From contig OZ024742.1 of the NCBI GenBank assembly GCA_964016885.1, positions 52,948,001 through 53,012,000 of the forward strand: a DNA stretch of 64,000 nt. The letters run 5' to 3'. Every line of letters begins with the position of its first letter. Within the stretch, counting starts at the first letter, position 1. Source of the DNA: Eledone cirrhosa (Eukaryota). Shown one piece after another: positions 13,068 to 27,700 of the stretch. Under the pieces are notes generated by a model. The model was not told the origin of the DNA, searched no databases, and worked only from the letters and a program-made list of their open reading frames with translations. A program made the translations under genes and the position numbers.

Positions 13068-13100
<33 letters not shown>

Positions 13101-13103
<3 letters not shown>

Positions 13104-13301
13104 CGAAGGAAATGTGGTAAGGAACCAGGTGGACCATAACGCACCAAAGTACTCAATACTTGAGGTAGTAGAGTGGGTAATAGGAACCAGTAAGACCCCG
13201 ACAGCTGAGCTCAAGCCGTTTCGACGGCTAATTCTGGACGGAATTAGTCCAGAATTAGCCGTCGAAACGGCTTGAGCTCAGCTGTCGGGGTCTTACTGGT
13301 T

Positions 13302-13305
<4 letters not shown>
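13101..13305 (-). mobile_element. Fold-back mini-copy of the 31.6-34.2 kb PLE 3' end
   Basis: Matches the reverse complement of about 34046-34184, plus an inverted arm 13247-13305. In (TA)n. Confidence 0.9.
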
Positions 13306-13369
<64 letters not shown>

Positions 13370-13904
13370 TATATAAGGACCCTGAAGAAGTTGTGCCTCG
13401 TGGAGTCACGGAGGCGCCCTTGTTATATACGGCATATCGTTAAATCTAGCGGAACCCATTCCACTTTCCAAGTCGGAACACAATAGATTTCTTCTCCATT
13501 CTGTCCATCTGGGCTGTGGGGAGGCCAACATGTGGGACCCCATTTGCTCACCATACAGAGAGATGTTGCGGGCGAGAGAGATGGAGGCGATGACAGTGAG
13601 ATTTCGGCCCTTCCACGTTTGGACCATATATAGAGAGTAAAATTGTAGCAATGTGATTGGTCAGAGGCCTTCCTAAATAAAGAAAGTACGGTTAAAGTTT
13701 GTCGATCAACTGAACAGTCTGCTCTTGAAATATATTTCTACCAGAGAAGGAGAAAGAGACAGAGAGAGAGGAAATGAAAAAGAAATTTAGAGGAAGAATC
13801 GACTCCAGTACAAGACTGCTACTTTTTATCGACCTCGAATGAATGAATGGCAAAGATGACCCCGGCGGGGGTTTGAACTCAGAGGGCAGAGAGACGTTAG
13901 AAAT

Positions 13905-14100
13905 GAAAAGTGCAGAATTGGTAGAACGTCGAATAAAATGCAATTGCAGTGTATGTTCTCTCTCCTTACGTCCTGAGTTCAAATCCTGCCAAGATCAACT
14001 TTGACTTTCATTATTCTCGGATCGATAAATTAAAGTAGCAGTTAAGTTTTGGGATTGATTTCACAGAATTTGCTGGCCTTATGGCTAAATTAGAAATGAA
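13905..14100 (+). mobile_element. Diverged octopod-type tRNA-derived SINE
   Basis: gcagaattggtagaacgtcg..ctgagttcaaatcctgccaagatcaactttgactttc..tcgataaattaaagta. B-box-like GTTCAAATCC; same family as 42305-42485. Confidence 0.6.
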
Positions 14101-14614
14101 TAATAGAAATGAAACTTCTGTGCAGGGTTTTAAATCAAATCCCACCCAGATGCATGTTTTTCTATCATACTTATGAAGTGGATAAAGCGGATAAAATATG
14201 AACCAATCAAGTTGTAGAATTGATATAATCAACCAAAAATGTGAAGGCGTTTCTCTCCACCAATGACTGAAACCTATAAAAGAACAAGAAGTGTATAGTT
14301 CATTGATATATTTCGTTGATACTTCAATCGATTAACGATTTCTAAATCTGCTCTTTATCAGCTATGTTGAAAGGAAGAAACAATAAAAACAAAATAAAAA
14401 TACACATAAAAAATATTGAAACTGAAGACAAAAAGAAAAAAAAAACTGAATTGATGAGACAATTGAATCTAATAAGGCGAATGTTCTGAATAAATCGATA
14501 TAGAAATAGACAAGATCGCTGTCGGATGAGTCAATCGATTTCTTTTCCCTCTTTCCTCTCTTTTTCTCTACTTATACACACACACACGCACACAACACAC
14601 AACACACACAAACA

Positions 14615-14677
<63 letters not shown>

Positions 14678-15724
14678 ACAGACATTGTACTTATATAAGT
14701 AAGGTAGTCATTTGCCTTAACTATGACGTAAACAAATCTAAACCAAACCCAAGGTGTCCACACGACCGAAAGCAAACACAAATCAAAATCCACCAGTTAC
14801 GTCTACCCATCATACAAATATTGCACAAGACATAAATTAATTCAAACACGTCCTTCACAACCATAACCCAGCCCTCCCAGAAAGACAACTACCACCCTGC
14901 TCCAATTATTGTGTGTGACTGTGGCAAAATTATAGAGAAGCCAAATGTTGAGCAATGTTGGGAGATTAAGAAAAATGTAAATAAAGAGGGAGAGAATGGT
15001 GTTAAACGACAAAATAGGATGATGATCAGCATCATGAGGACCATGATGATGATTAGGATGATGATAGTGGTAGTGATGCTGACGATTCTATATAGCTGTC
15101 TTTTGCTTGGGATAAAGATCAGACTGTTCTTTCTCTAGCATGTTAACTGACTCGAGAAATTTATTCTTGATTTTGTGAAATTATTTTCTTTACACCTTGA
15201 GAATTGCTAAAAATTAGGAAATTTTAAATACAAAAATAAGAATTTATTGTATACGGCATTCTATAATTCACCCTTTAACTTCATTGCCTAAATTCATTTC
15301 ATTTATTTCTCTTAGTTCTTTTTTAGTTCTATTTTATTTTTTATTATGCAAGATACCTTTGGCCAAAAATTTCTCTGTTTCTTTTTATATGTAAAAATGT
15401 AATTTCTTAGCTGCAGGCAAGTTCAGACTCTATTACTAAAGTCGTCTCATGCAATAAAGTATGATTTAGAAGTATGTACCATGCTTCTGCTAAGGCTTTG
15501 AAGTGTCCATGCAATTGCAACAAGCTCTCGTCTCATTTTTCCAGAATTAAGCTGAAAATCTAATAAGTGACAGCCGAAATGAGAGAATCCTACACCACAA
15601 CTGGGCTGGTACTTTCTATATTTATATACGTTTGTGTATCAGTGTGTGTGTGTACGTACGTATATAGATTTAAATGTATATACATATATGCATACACATA
15701 TGTATATAAGTATGTAAATATATA

Positions 15725-15767
<43 letters not shown>

Positions 15768-15771
15768 GGGG

Positions 15772-15875
<104 letters not shown>

Positions 15876-16033
15876 CTCTATCATTTTATATATTTTGATA
15901 TATATATTATCCTTATCGAGCCTTCTTCGGATTTTAGTCTTCACATTTATTATTATTACTATATATATATTCGAAAAACTCAGATTACATTTATATATAT
16001 AGATATAGATATATATGCATATATATATATTTA

Positions 16034-16103
<70 letters not shown>

Positions 16104-16107
<4 letters not shown>

Positions 16108-16222
16108 AACAAGTAAGACCCCGACGGGGTCTTACTTGTTCCTATTACCCACTCTACTACCCTAAGTATTGAGTACTTTTGTGCGTTATGGTCCACCTGG
16201 TTCCTTACCACATTTCCTTCGT

Positions 16223-16224
<2 letters not shown>
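16104..16224 (+). mobile_element. Fold-back mini-copy of the PLE 3' end
   Basis: aggaacaagtaagacccc-gac-ggggtcttacttgttcct plus an 80-nt tail matching 34105-34184. In (TA)n. Confidence 0.9.
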
Positions 16225-16270
<46 letters not shown>

Positions 16271-16282
16271 TATACATATATA

Positions 16283-16360
<78 letters not shown>

Positions 16361-16394
16361 TATACATATATATATATGTGTATATATATATATA

Positions 16395-16465
<71 letters not shown>

Positions 16466-16684
16466 GTAATCTGAGTTTTTCGAATATTAATAATTGTTTC
16501 TACCTTTGACACAAGGCCAGCAAGTACCCAGTGCATTACTGGTACTTTATTTTATCGACCCCGTAAGGATGAAAGGCAAAGTTAACCTCGGCATTAGTTT
16601 GCAATTGTGCAAACAAGCCTCAATTTTATAGCCATGTCAGTAGAATGAACCCTTCATTCTTGCTCTTGTGCTGGCATGTGAACA

Positions 16685-16734
16685 GAACTGCAGACACTAA
16701 TGTTTCTGGGTATGACCCTTCATCAGTACAGCTC
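16685..16734 (-). ncRNA. Canonical minimal type I hammerhead ribozyme
   Basis: Minus strand: GAGCTGTA-CTGATGA-a-GGGT-cat-ACCC-a-GAAA-CATTAGTG-TC-TGCAGTTC. Confidence 0.85.
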
Positions 16735-16746
16735 ACTGTATATATA

Positions 16747-16787
<41 letters not shown>

Positions 16788-16791
<4 letters not shown>

Positions 16792-16951
16792 AACGAGTAG
16801 GACCCCGACGGCTGAGCTCAAGCCGTTTCGTCGAAACGGCTTGAGCTCAGCCGTCGGGGTCCTATTCGTTCCTATTACCCACTCTACTACCCTAAGTATT
16901 GAGTACTTTGGTGCGTTTTGGTCCACCTGGTTCCTTACCACATTTCCTTCG

Positions 16952-16954
<3 letters not shown>
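16788..16954 (+). mobile_element. Fold-back mini-copy of the PLE 3' end
   Basis: Palindrome centred on ccgtttcgtcgaaacgg plus the same 80-nt tail. In (TA)n. Confidence 0.9.
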
Positions 16955-17006
<52 letters not shown>

Positions 17007-17075
17007 TAGATAGATAGATAGATGGATAGATATATTATATATATGTGTGTGTGTGTGTGTGTGTCTGTATATATA

Positions 17076-17205
<130 letters not shown>

Positions 17206-17235
17206 TATATATAACTACATATATATATATATATA

Positions 17236-17316
<81 letters not shown>

Positions 17317-17324
17317 TATATATA

Positions 17325-17403
<79 letters not shown>

Positions 17404-17776
17404 TATATATAACTACATATATATATATATATAGTGTGTGTGTGGGCATATGATTGTGCATATCTATGTGAGTGTGGATGTAGATCTAGAAAGTAGAAAT
17501 TAGATGAAAGTGAGACATTTAAAGTGTGTAAAATATCGTAGAAGGTTCCAGAAAAAAATCTCATTTGTTCAAACAGTTCATGGTTTGTATTCATACTCAC
17601 ACATGTTCATTCATTTATTTATTGTACTGCAGTATGTCTGAACATGAATTGCATCCTTATACATAGATATCCATGCATCTTTATATGCATCTCCCCCCCC
17701 CCTCTCTCTCTCTCTCTCCATACATATATATATGTGTGTGTGTGTGTGCGTGCATATATATGTATGCAATATATAC

Positions 17777-17819
<43 letters not shown>

Positions 17820-17884
17820 AGTACGTATATATAAATGTAAATTACATGAATACATACATATATTTACATATATGTATATATATA

Positions 17885-18004
<120 letters not shown>

Positions 18005-18656
18005 TGTGTCTGTGTGTGTCTGTGTGTGTTTGTGTGTGTCTGTGTGTGAGTGTGTATGTGTGATTGTTTCCATTTGAATATTTAATAGATTAACACCAAT
18101 GTACAACATGGCTTCCTTTAGAGAGCTTTTTTCCTTTTCTTGCTATTCAATCTAGTGTCTAGTGATCAGGGTGTATGTTTGATGTGAAATCACCCTAGTT
18201 TTTCAATTAAACCAGTCACGAAGGGGACCAATAGAAATAGACAAAGAATAAAAGATATGACAATATATGAGGATACACGGATAAGTGTCTATACAGACGA
18301 GAGGAGGTGGGAAAAGTTTCTAACTTCATATGTGTGTGTGTATGTGTATGTGTATGCGTGTACGTATGTAAGCATGTGTACACGCGTGTCGATATATGTG
18401 TGTATGTGAGTATGTGTGTGTGTGTGTGTGTGTATGCCCAAGTATATATTTATATATTATATGTGTGTGTGTGTCCATTATGGAATTTCAGCTATCCGTA
18501 TGTATAAGTATGTGTTATTTCCAATTCTCTGCCTTTTATAACATAACCCTTTAATCACACAGCTCTCAATGCAATGTACATCATATACACAAACCTATAA
18601 ACACATAGACACTCATGAACACACACATACACACAAACCCACACACGTTTCAGACG

Positions 18657-18689
<33 letters not shown>

Positions 18690-19074
18690 CGATTGATCGA
18701 CACACGCATATAAACAGATTCACTCAAACACGAACATATACATACGCACAGCGATAACCCCATTCGCTCACAAACATACACACTCAGACACACACATAAG
18801 GGAAAACATGTATAGACACTCATACATGCCTGACACATATGCACACATACATATGTACTGGCATATATACATCCGTGCATACATCCATACCGACATACAT
18901 ATAGACCGATATACATAAACTCATACTTACATACAGTGATAGATAAACTCATATTAACAAATACACACATATTTAAAGGGTGGATGGAGGTACTCATACA
19001 TACACCCACACACACTGACATATACTTCAGACAGTCATACAGTCATCTGTATACTGCATTACATATAAAGTGAC

Positions 19075-20790
19075 GCTGGACGTGTCTCCCCTTGACACCA
19101 CCTTTTATCTATCTATCGACGGGTTATTAAACAACCCATTTGTGGCGCTTCCCCTCTATTGGGGATTTCGATTGTTATAATTGTTTGTTTCAATATTTTT
19201 ACACGACTGTATGTAAAATCCCCGGCATGTGTCTTTGTATTGTCCCCTTTTTCTTGTGCGCCCTTGTGGCAAATAAAGAAATATATCTTTATGTCCATCT
19301 ATCTGTTTATCTAACCATCTATCTATCTATCTATCTATTACCTATCTATTTGTCCATCTATCGATCTCTTTATTTCAAATACCACTTTGGAAGAAGAATC
19401 AGGATGGAGAGAGAGGTGCTGTATCCCAGCAAGTTTTATGAAAGGTGGGTGAAAGTGGCGAGATTGGCCCGAGTGAATGGGCCTTCTCTCTATATCAGCC
19501 TGTCGGTTGGGGAAAAGGAGTACAAACTCTTCGTACTCCTGGAGATGAGGGTTGCACATTTTTTCGGGGGTATGTGTTACCCATATGAACTATTGGGGAA
19601 AATCGACTAATTTTTTAATTGCATTTGTGATAATATTTTACACGTTTTTATTGTATGTAAACTTCCCCTTTGTATTTGTCCCCTTCTTTTTTGCCCCTGT
19701 GGCTAATAAAGAAACATATCTATCTACTTACCTATCTATTTGTCCATCTATTTGTCACTCACCGAGCTGCAATCCTGGGTCAAGCAAAGACCGAGAAAAC
19801 TGGGCGCCTGGCACACTGAGTGTGCCCAGGCTCTCACCGCCCTCTGGCAGGCGGATCCGGTTATCAGTGGAGACTCCACCGCAACATTCTATAGAGGGCT
19901 GGTACGCAGCAGGTGCGACGACGCCCTCGGAGAAGCCCTAGACATGGAGGAGGACGAACTGGCCAGCCTGTTCGGTAGGACATTCAGCCCGGGACCTATG
20001 GACAACTTCCAGAAGTCCCTGGCCTGGCAGTGCTACCGAGGGGCTTTACCCGTTCGAGAAAGGCTCTACAGACACGGGCGCCCGGGTAGGGACCCCGCCA
20101 AAAAGATCTGTCCCAGATGCGTGTGCGACGAGGAAACCGTTGCACACGCATTGGTACACTGCTCGGGCGTAGCCGATCTGTGGGGCTATGTCGAACAACT
20201 GCTGTCAAGGGTGGGACCGATCCGGTTGACCACCGAGTCTATTGTAATGATCAAGCCGCCTCCCCCCTTCAAAGATGAAGCAGAGGCGGTGTTTCTGTGC
20301 GTAATAGCCATGGCGAAAGAGGTTGTATGGTGGACGCGTCTGAAAGGACTGAGGTCAGGCACCTTTCTCTCTGGCCAACAACTGGTCCGTTTCTTCCGAT
20401 ATCATTTCGGAAGAAGGATCAGGATGGAGAGAGAGGTGCTGCACCCCAGCCGTTTCTATGAAAGATGGGTGAAAGTGGCGAGAATGGCCCGTGTGAATGG
20501 GCCTTCACTCTACATCAGACTATAGGTGAGGAAGATGAAAGACCAAGGGAGCACCCCTTCTCTGTGCTCCTGAGGAGAAGGGTTGCACACTTTTTTCGGG
20601 GGTGTGTGCGACCCCCCAAGGCGCCTCCTCTCTATTGAGGATTTTGTTATAAATTTTATTTTTTGTTATATCTTATTTTATTTTTATATTTTGTTATTGC
20701 CTCCTCCTTATTGAGGACGCCTTTTTGTGTAAACTCCCCCCTTTGTACTTGTCCCACTTTTGATGCCCTAGTGGCAAATAAAAGAAACAT
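19075..20790 (+). mobile_element. Three tandem 5'-truncated copies of an L1/Tx1-clade LINE 3' end
   Basis: ORF 19740-20525 has a zf-RVT-type CCHC (CPRC..ETVAHALVHC). Its C-terminus (YHFGRRIRMEREVL..) is repeated at about 19375-19500. The 3' end gccc..gtggc.aataaagaaa occurs at about 19280, 19713 and 20787, each followed by (TATC)n. Confidence 0.85.
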
Positions 20791-21002
20791 ATCTATTTGT
20801 CCATCTATCGATCTCTTTATTTCTCTAACTATTTATTTGTCTATCATTCATTTATCTATCTATTTATCTATCTATTTGTCTATCTATTTACCTATCTACC
20901 TCTGTATCCATCGATCAACCGATTTATATATCTATCTATCTATCTATATATCTATATATATATCTACCTATCTATTTATATATATATCTATCTATATATA
21001 TC

Positions 21003-21165
21003 TATATGTTTAGGTCTCTATATATATATCTATATGTTTAGGTCTCTATATGTTTAGGTCTCTATATATATATATCTATATGTTTAGGTCTCTATATATA
21101 TATATCTATATGTTTAGGTCTCTATATATATATATCTATATGTTTAGGTCTCTATATATATCTAT
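21003..21165. repeat. ~30-bp minisatellite
   Basis: tctatatatatatatctatatgtttaggtc repeated about 5 times. Confidence 0.85.
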
Positions 21166-21600
21166 CTACCTATCTATTTATTTATCTATCATCTATTCAT
21201 ATTTATTTTTTTCAATCTATCTATTTATCTGTCTCTTTACCTGGCTGACAATCTATCTGACTGCATACCTGTCTCTCAATTATTTATATATACTATATAC
21301 ATGAGTGTGTGATTTATGCATGCGGGAGTATGTAAGCGTTACATAATTCGTACATCAACGACTTTCAGATGCCACAGGTAGTTGTATAGTTAATATTTCG
21401 TTTATCTATCTCTCTTACGTGTATGAATTTATTGAATTGAATGCAAGATTACTCTGCAGTGCAACACGCAAGCATGCATATATTCAGGTGCGTGAAAATT
21501 ACCTTCTCTCATTCTTTCTAGAAATATAGAATTAATACTGACAGGTTTATATACCAAAGGTTACACAACTCCAAATATATCATTATCAGTATATATACAG

Positions 21601-21706
<106 letters not shown>

Positions 21707-22326
21707 AGATGAGAGACCTAAACACAGAAAATAACTGTAATAACAGTGGATACATAATACTATTTTACTATTTTACCTGTTCGAGCCAGGTGGTGCTATT
21801 AAGTTAGACATGGCCTGGGCCAATACTGGCCGAAACCTATCAAAGAGCCATCCGACTGAGGCCATGCTGGGGGACCGCATGAGAAATTTGAGTAAATTAC
21901 CTTCAGATAGTCTACCAAATTAAGCATATTAGCCCCTAGGGACGGAAAAAAGTTGTACAGCACCGCTAGTGTAACTCTAATCCACACATACTGTATTCCA
22001 TTCCACCCTGCTACCATTACATTAAAGTGAAGTCGGGCGATGTTGTGTGGATGTTTTCCCGTCTCCAGTGGCTTTTTAGACTAGTTTACATAGACAAAAA
22101 CCTACATTCAAGCTGTTAACTAAGTTAGTTCTTTTTTTATTTTTGGAAAGATGATTGTTTCTAATGATAGACAGCAGAATGGGTGCAGTTTTACGAGGAA
22201 TAGAATTGCATAACTGCCATCTATTGTTTTGTTCATTGATAACTTTGCTCTCTGAAACGATCGTAAAGCAATGAAATGATGAAATTATTTCACCTTGTCT
22301 TATACTTTCATTGTGTTATACTTAAC

Positions 22327-22420
<94 letters not shown>

Positions 22421-22496
22421 TATACGAGATATACGATATGTAACGATATGTAAGGTATACGATATGTAAACTGTATGCATGTATGTATGTATGTTA

Positions 22497-23150
22497 TATC
22501 GGGTCACTCTTGAGTGCTACTGGTAACATGTAACCCAGTACAACCTGTCGCATGGTCGGATCGTCGGCGACTAAACCGGCAACCCCACCAAGTTTACATG
22601 GTGAGGAAGGTGACTTGGACACTCTGCAGGACAAAAAACAAAACCTGACAAAGGGTGGAAGAACTCATAAGAGTCAACGCCCATCCAAAAGTGTGTAAAT
22701 ATGTATTTGCACATGTATATATGTATGTATATGTGTATATACATGGGTGCATGTGTAAGTATATGCGCGGGGACATAGAAATAGTCGGGCTGGACACCCA
22801 ATCGCGCGGTTAAACCACTGGGAGTGAAGGACCCCTAGCCTTTGTCAGGGCATTATTCTAGGAGAAGGCAACTCAGGAAACTGGGATAACTCCGATATAA
22901 AACCTGTGGCTTAGTAGTTATCGATGATGTTGATCTTTTCTTCTTTTCGGTTTATAGCTACTGTCGCTCAGAGAGTGGGATTGGCTCAGTGCACAGTCTT
23001 TCCTCACTTTAAAAAATATCTTCACGCACAGGCATTGCACGATAGAATTAATTAATAATTATTAATAATGGTATATCGTGCAATGGCCATACTCGATAAC
23101 GAGGGGGTAGCCATCATGTATGTTATGTATGTATGCTATGTATTTATGTT
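22497..23150 (+). mobile_element. Non-coding interspersed element (RTE-5'UTR-like SINE) with (ATGT)n tail
   Basis: 22765-23042 is repeated in inverse at 28342-28620, and 23076-23120 in inverse at 24305-24351. cagggcattattctaggagaaggcaactc resembles RTE 5' UTR motifs (from memory). Confidence 0.65.
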
Positions 23151-23221
23151 ATGTATGCATGGTTGTATGTTAGTAATTTATGTTATGTATGTATGCATGT
23201 ATGTATTTCTATGTTTGTGTG

Positions 23222-23280
<59 letters not shown>

Positions 23281-23606
23281 CGTTTTGTGAACGTAAGATA
23301 AATTTCTTTATTAGCCACAAACGTGAACGTAAGATAGTTTCACAATACATTGCACGTGCCTCATTAATTAACCGTTCATTCATCAGTCATCATTCCTGCA
23401 GATTTCAATGAATTACACCAGCTACGAAACAATTCTCTGGTGCAACACGCAAATATCTATGTTTTCTTGCATGACAATTACTTCGGCTTATTCTTCCTAG
23501 CCACCTATAATTATAGATGACGAGCTTATACTTCAAAGCTTACTCAACAACAAGTATATCGTTATATCTATAAATATATAAATATATACAAAGACACAAG
23601 CACATA

Positions 23607-23678
<72 letters not shown>

Positions 23679-24391
23679 TATACATATTCATATACATATA
23701 TGTTATACTCATACATATATGTTATATTCATATACATATATTGTTATACAAATTCAAAAACGAAGTATATATATATATAATATAGTGAACGTTTATGCAT
23801 GTGTATAAGTATTTATGTCTGCGTGCATTTCTGTACGTAGAGGAAGAATTCTTTCCGTACTTGTTTAATATATGCTATATGTAAAAGTATCCCTTGGTTT
23901 TTTTTATTCTTTCAGTATACCGCTTGTTTCCTCGTTTTCATTCCCATCACGATTCCATGAAAGAAACCTTCTGTTAAATGACTTAATATACATCTGCTGC
24001 TCAGCAGTCTTTCTCGTCTGCTGTTATACGATTATAAAAGCTTGTTATGGAAATGATTAAAAAATGCACTCTTTTTAATAGGAGCTCATTTGCTTTATGG
24101 CTTTTTCTTTATTGTATTATTTGATCATCTCTATTTTTCTCATATGTAAGTATATAATCTTTCTATATACTTTTTTCTATAAGGAGTTCAATTTGTTAAA
24201 ATAAACGCAATGTAAGTGCAAATTCTATGCATATTCACACAGGCTTGCATACACATACATACATACATACATACATACATACATACATACATACATACAT
24301 ACATACATGATGATGGCTGCCCCCTCGTTATCGAGTATGGCCATTGCACGAGAAGAAAAAAAAGAAAAAAAATGAAATAAAGTAAAATAAA

Positions 24392-24423
<32 letters not shown>

Positions 24424-24452
24424 TTAAAAAAAAATAAATAGATAAAAAAAAG

Positions 24453-24497
<45 letters not shown>

Positions 24498-24563
24498 CAT
24501 ACATATATACATACACACATACATACACATACACTCACACATATACACACATACATTAATAAC

Positions 24564-24612
<49 letters not shown>

Positions 24613-24691
24613 GCAATAATAATAATAACGACAACAACAATAATAATATACATATTCATATATATATACACACACACGCACGCACATAAGC

Positions 24692-24757
<66 letters not shown>

Positions 24758-24763
24758 TAGCAA

Positions 24764-27700
24764 CTAACAGTGCTGCGATCGAATGTGGATTTTTAGCCCA
24801 GCCAATGATCTAAAATGTCTTGCACAGAGTCGGCAACCAAAACATTCACTGGGAATAGTCGGCTGTGGTTGGAGTTCGTGTACTTTTGCATGTCGCTTGA
24901 GCCCTCCTGCTGATTTGCATTCTCTACCACATGTTTGGCAAGCATGATGAGTAGCATCTCCAACAGCAGCCTGGTAGTCAACCACTGGTCTTACTTTATG
25001 ACTGCGAAGATGACTTTCGAGTCCAGCTTTGCTTAGGCAGAGTCTCGCACAGACGCTGCTTGTCAGCACCATAGGAGGACCCTCGCCGTCTGGAAGTGCA
25101 ACAGCAATGCCCTTCCTCACGTCCCGCTTTACTTTCTCGTGTGCGATTCGAGATGCCTCAAAGGCAACTTTTCCCTCATATACAGTCTTTCTCCATTTAT
25201 TACGATCAGCAGCAATATTTTCCCATGTATCAGCAGAGATGTTAGCGTCTTTCAGAGAGGCTTTCAAGGAATCCTTATACCTCTTTTTTGGTTTATGTGG
25301 CGGTCGTTTTCCTTTAACCAACTCTCCATAGAAGAGTTGTTTTGGTATTCTAGAATCCTTCATCCTGGCAAGGTGACCACTCCAACGGAGTCGTTGCTTA
25401 AGCACAAGAGCTTCTATACTGTCACACATAGAGCTTTCCAAAATCTCGACATCACTGATGTGGTCCCTCCAGTGAACGCCATGGATCCGTCTGAGACACA
25501 TCTGATGGAAACGCTCCAATTGCTTAAGGTGGCGTCGATATGTGACCCAGGTCTCGCAGGCATAAAGAAGACAAGAGAGTACACATGCCCTGTACACCTT
25601 TACCTTTGTCCTCCTGCATATGTCTCGCCGACCCCAGAGTCGCCTTTCTAGCTTTCCGAAAGCATCACTTGCTTTCCTAATCCTAAGTGAGATTTCACTG
25701 CCAAGGTTGCCGTATCGATTGACAGTGCTTCCCAGGTAGACAAACTGATCAACCACTCCAGGTCGTTTGCCATACACATAGAGACTGACAGTCAAACCCA
25801 GGGCAGTGCAAGCGTCGGAAAATGCATTCAAAATGTGCTGCATATCACTCTCTGTGTGCGCTACAAGATCGCAATCATCTGCATACAAGAGGTCTCTTAT
25901 GACTGATGTAAATACTTTTGTCTTCGCAGCAAAGCGCCTGATGTTAAATATGCTGCCTGAGGTTCGATATCGGATGTAAACACCATGCTCGCAATTCCTG
26001 AATGCAATACAGAAAACCATTGCAAAGTATATGGCAAACAGGGTCGGTGCTGGAATATCCCCCTGTTTCACTCCATTTTTTACTGAGATAGGCTCCGACA
26101 TGTTACCTCCGACATTAACCCAAGCCTTCATGTCGTCATGGAAAGACCTAACTAAAGCAAGGAACTTATCAGGGCAACCAAGTTTCTGGAGAACCTTCCA
26201 TAATGCATCTCTGTTGACAGTATCGAAAGCCTTTGTCAGATCGACAAAAACCTGATACAGATCCAAGCCTTGTTCAATGCACTTCTCCTGGAGCTGTCTA
26301 GCTGAGAAGATCATATCAGTAGTGCCGCGTCCAGCACGAAAACCAGATTGACTTTCAGGAAGGACACAATCTGCAATGTGTGTCAGCAGACGGTCCAGAA
26401 GCACCCTACATAAAACTTTCCCTACGACAGAAAGCAATGATATACCTCTGTAGTTCCCACAATCATTCCTGTTACCCTTTCCCTTGTACAAGACCACCAT
26501 TACTGCATCTCTCCAGTCCTCAGGCACGGATTCATTAGCCCATATCCTTCCAAACAAAGAGTGAAGATGTTGCAGGAGTCTCTCACCACCATATTGTAGG
26601 AGCTCAGCATGTATGCCATCCATACCTGGAGATCTTCCACTGTTCAGCTTCGAAATAGCCACTGCAACCTCCACAAGCGTCGGAGGTTCTGCGAGAGCTA
26701 CTTTCACAGGACTTTCCGATTGAGGAAATCTTCACTGACGACAGACGGCTGATTCAAAAGATCATCAAAGTGCTCTCGCCACCTTCGTAGAATTCCCTGT
26801 GAGTCACGAAGAAGTTATTTGCCATCCTTGCTGCGAATCGGTGTCACCAGAGAAGAAGACGGTCCATAAACCTCACGCAAGAGACTGTACAACAGCTTTG
26901 TGTTATTGCAATCAGACGCAGTTTGTATCTCACCAGCCTTCTCACTCCACCACTGATGTTTCATCTGAGAAAGACTCCGCCTAACACGTGATTTTACATC
27001 CCTGAGCTCCTCATGCAACGTATTCCTCTCCTGTGGTTTTGCCGTCAAGTAGCGTGACAGAGCACGCCTCTTATCAGCCAACAAGTCTTCTATATGTACA
27101 TCATTCTCATTAAACCAGTCCTGATGTTTTCTCTGCACCAATCCCAGAACACGTCTGCCTACATCATAAACCGACTTTTTAAGGAAGGGTCAGCCAATCC
27201 TCACCAAGATCTGCAGCCTGCATCTCTTCTTCCAATGTCCTCTTCACATTTTTATCCTTAAGACGAGCAGCATTCAATCTTTTGGGCAGGGTAACACCAG
27301 GAGCCCAGATTTTACGTTTGGTGATTAGATTCACTTTTGCGCGTACCAGGCGGTGGTCCGTCCAGCACTCAGCTCCACGAAGAACACGAACACACTGCAC
27401 ATCCTGTCTGTCACGCATCCTGACTAGGATGTAGTCCAAAAGATGCCATTCCTTAGATGCAGGATGCATCCATGTGGTCTTGAATTTGTTCTTTTGTTGG
27501 AACATGGTGTTGGTAACACACAGATCCAGCTCCTCACACATCTGCAGCAAGAGCATACCATTGCTGTTACACTTTCCCACCCCATGTCTTCCGATTACAT
27601 TCCATGTGTTAAAATCACTACCCACTCTAGCATTAAAGTCACCAAGCACGATGACTTTGTCTGCCTGAAGGATATTTCTTAGAACACCTTTCAAGGCATG

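Larger units (their letters stand above)
9961..13068 (-). mobile_element. 5'-truncated Penelope-like retroelement (Naiad-type) with inverted 5' pLTR
   Basis: RT pieces 12111-12863 (FDIDSYYASI, FDVTMGSSD, GGVYRDDAL) and 11771-12088 (FLDVTL..SNHP). GIY-YIG in 10515-11540 (CNC..CPLRGYC..VIY..YIG..CDLC..CTH). 12913-13068 is the reverse complement of 10079-10234. (TA)n on both sides. Confidence 0.92.

Noticed and set aside
21805-21860. GGCCA-atac-TGGCC-GAAA hairpin as an HHR
   Set aside because: No CUGANGA core and no stem III.
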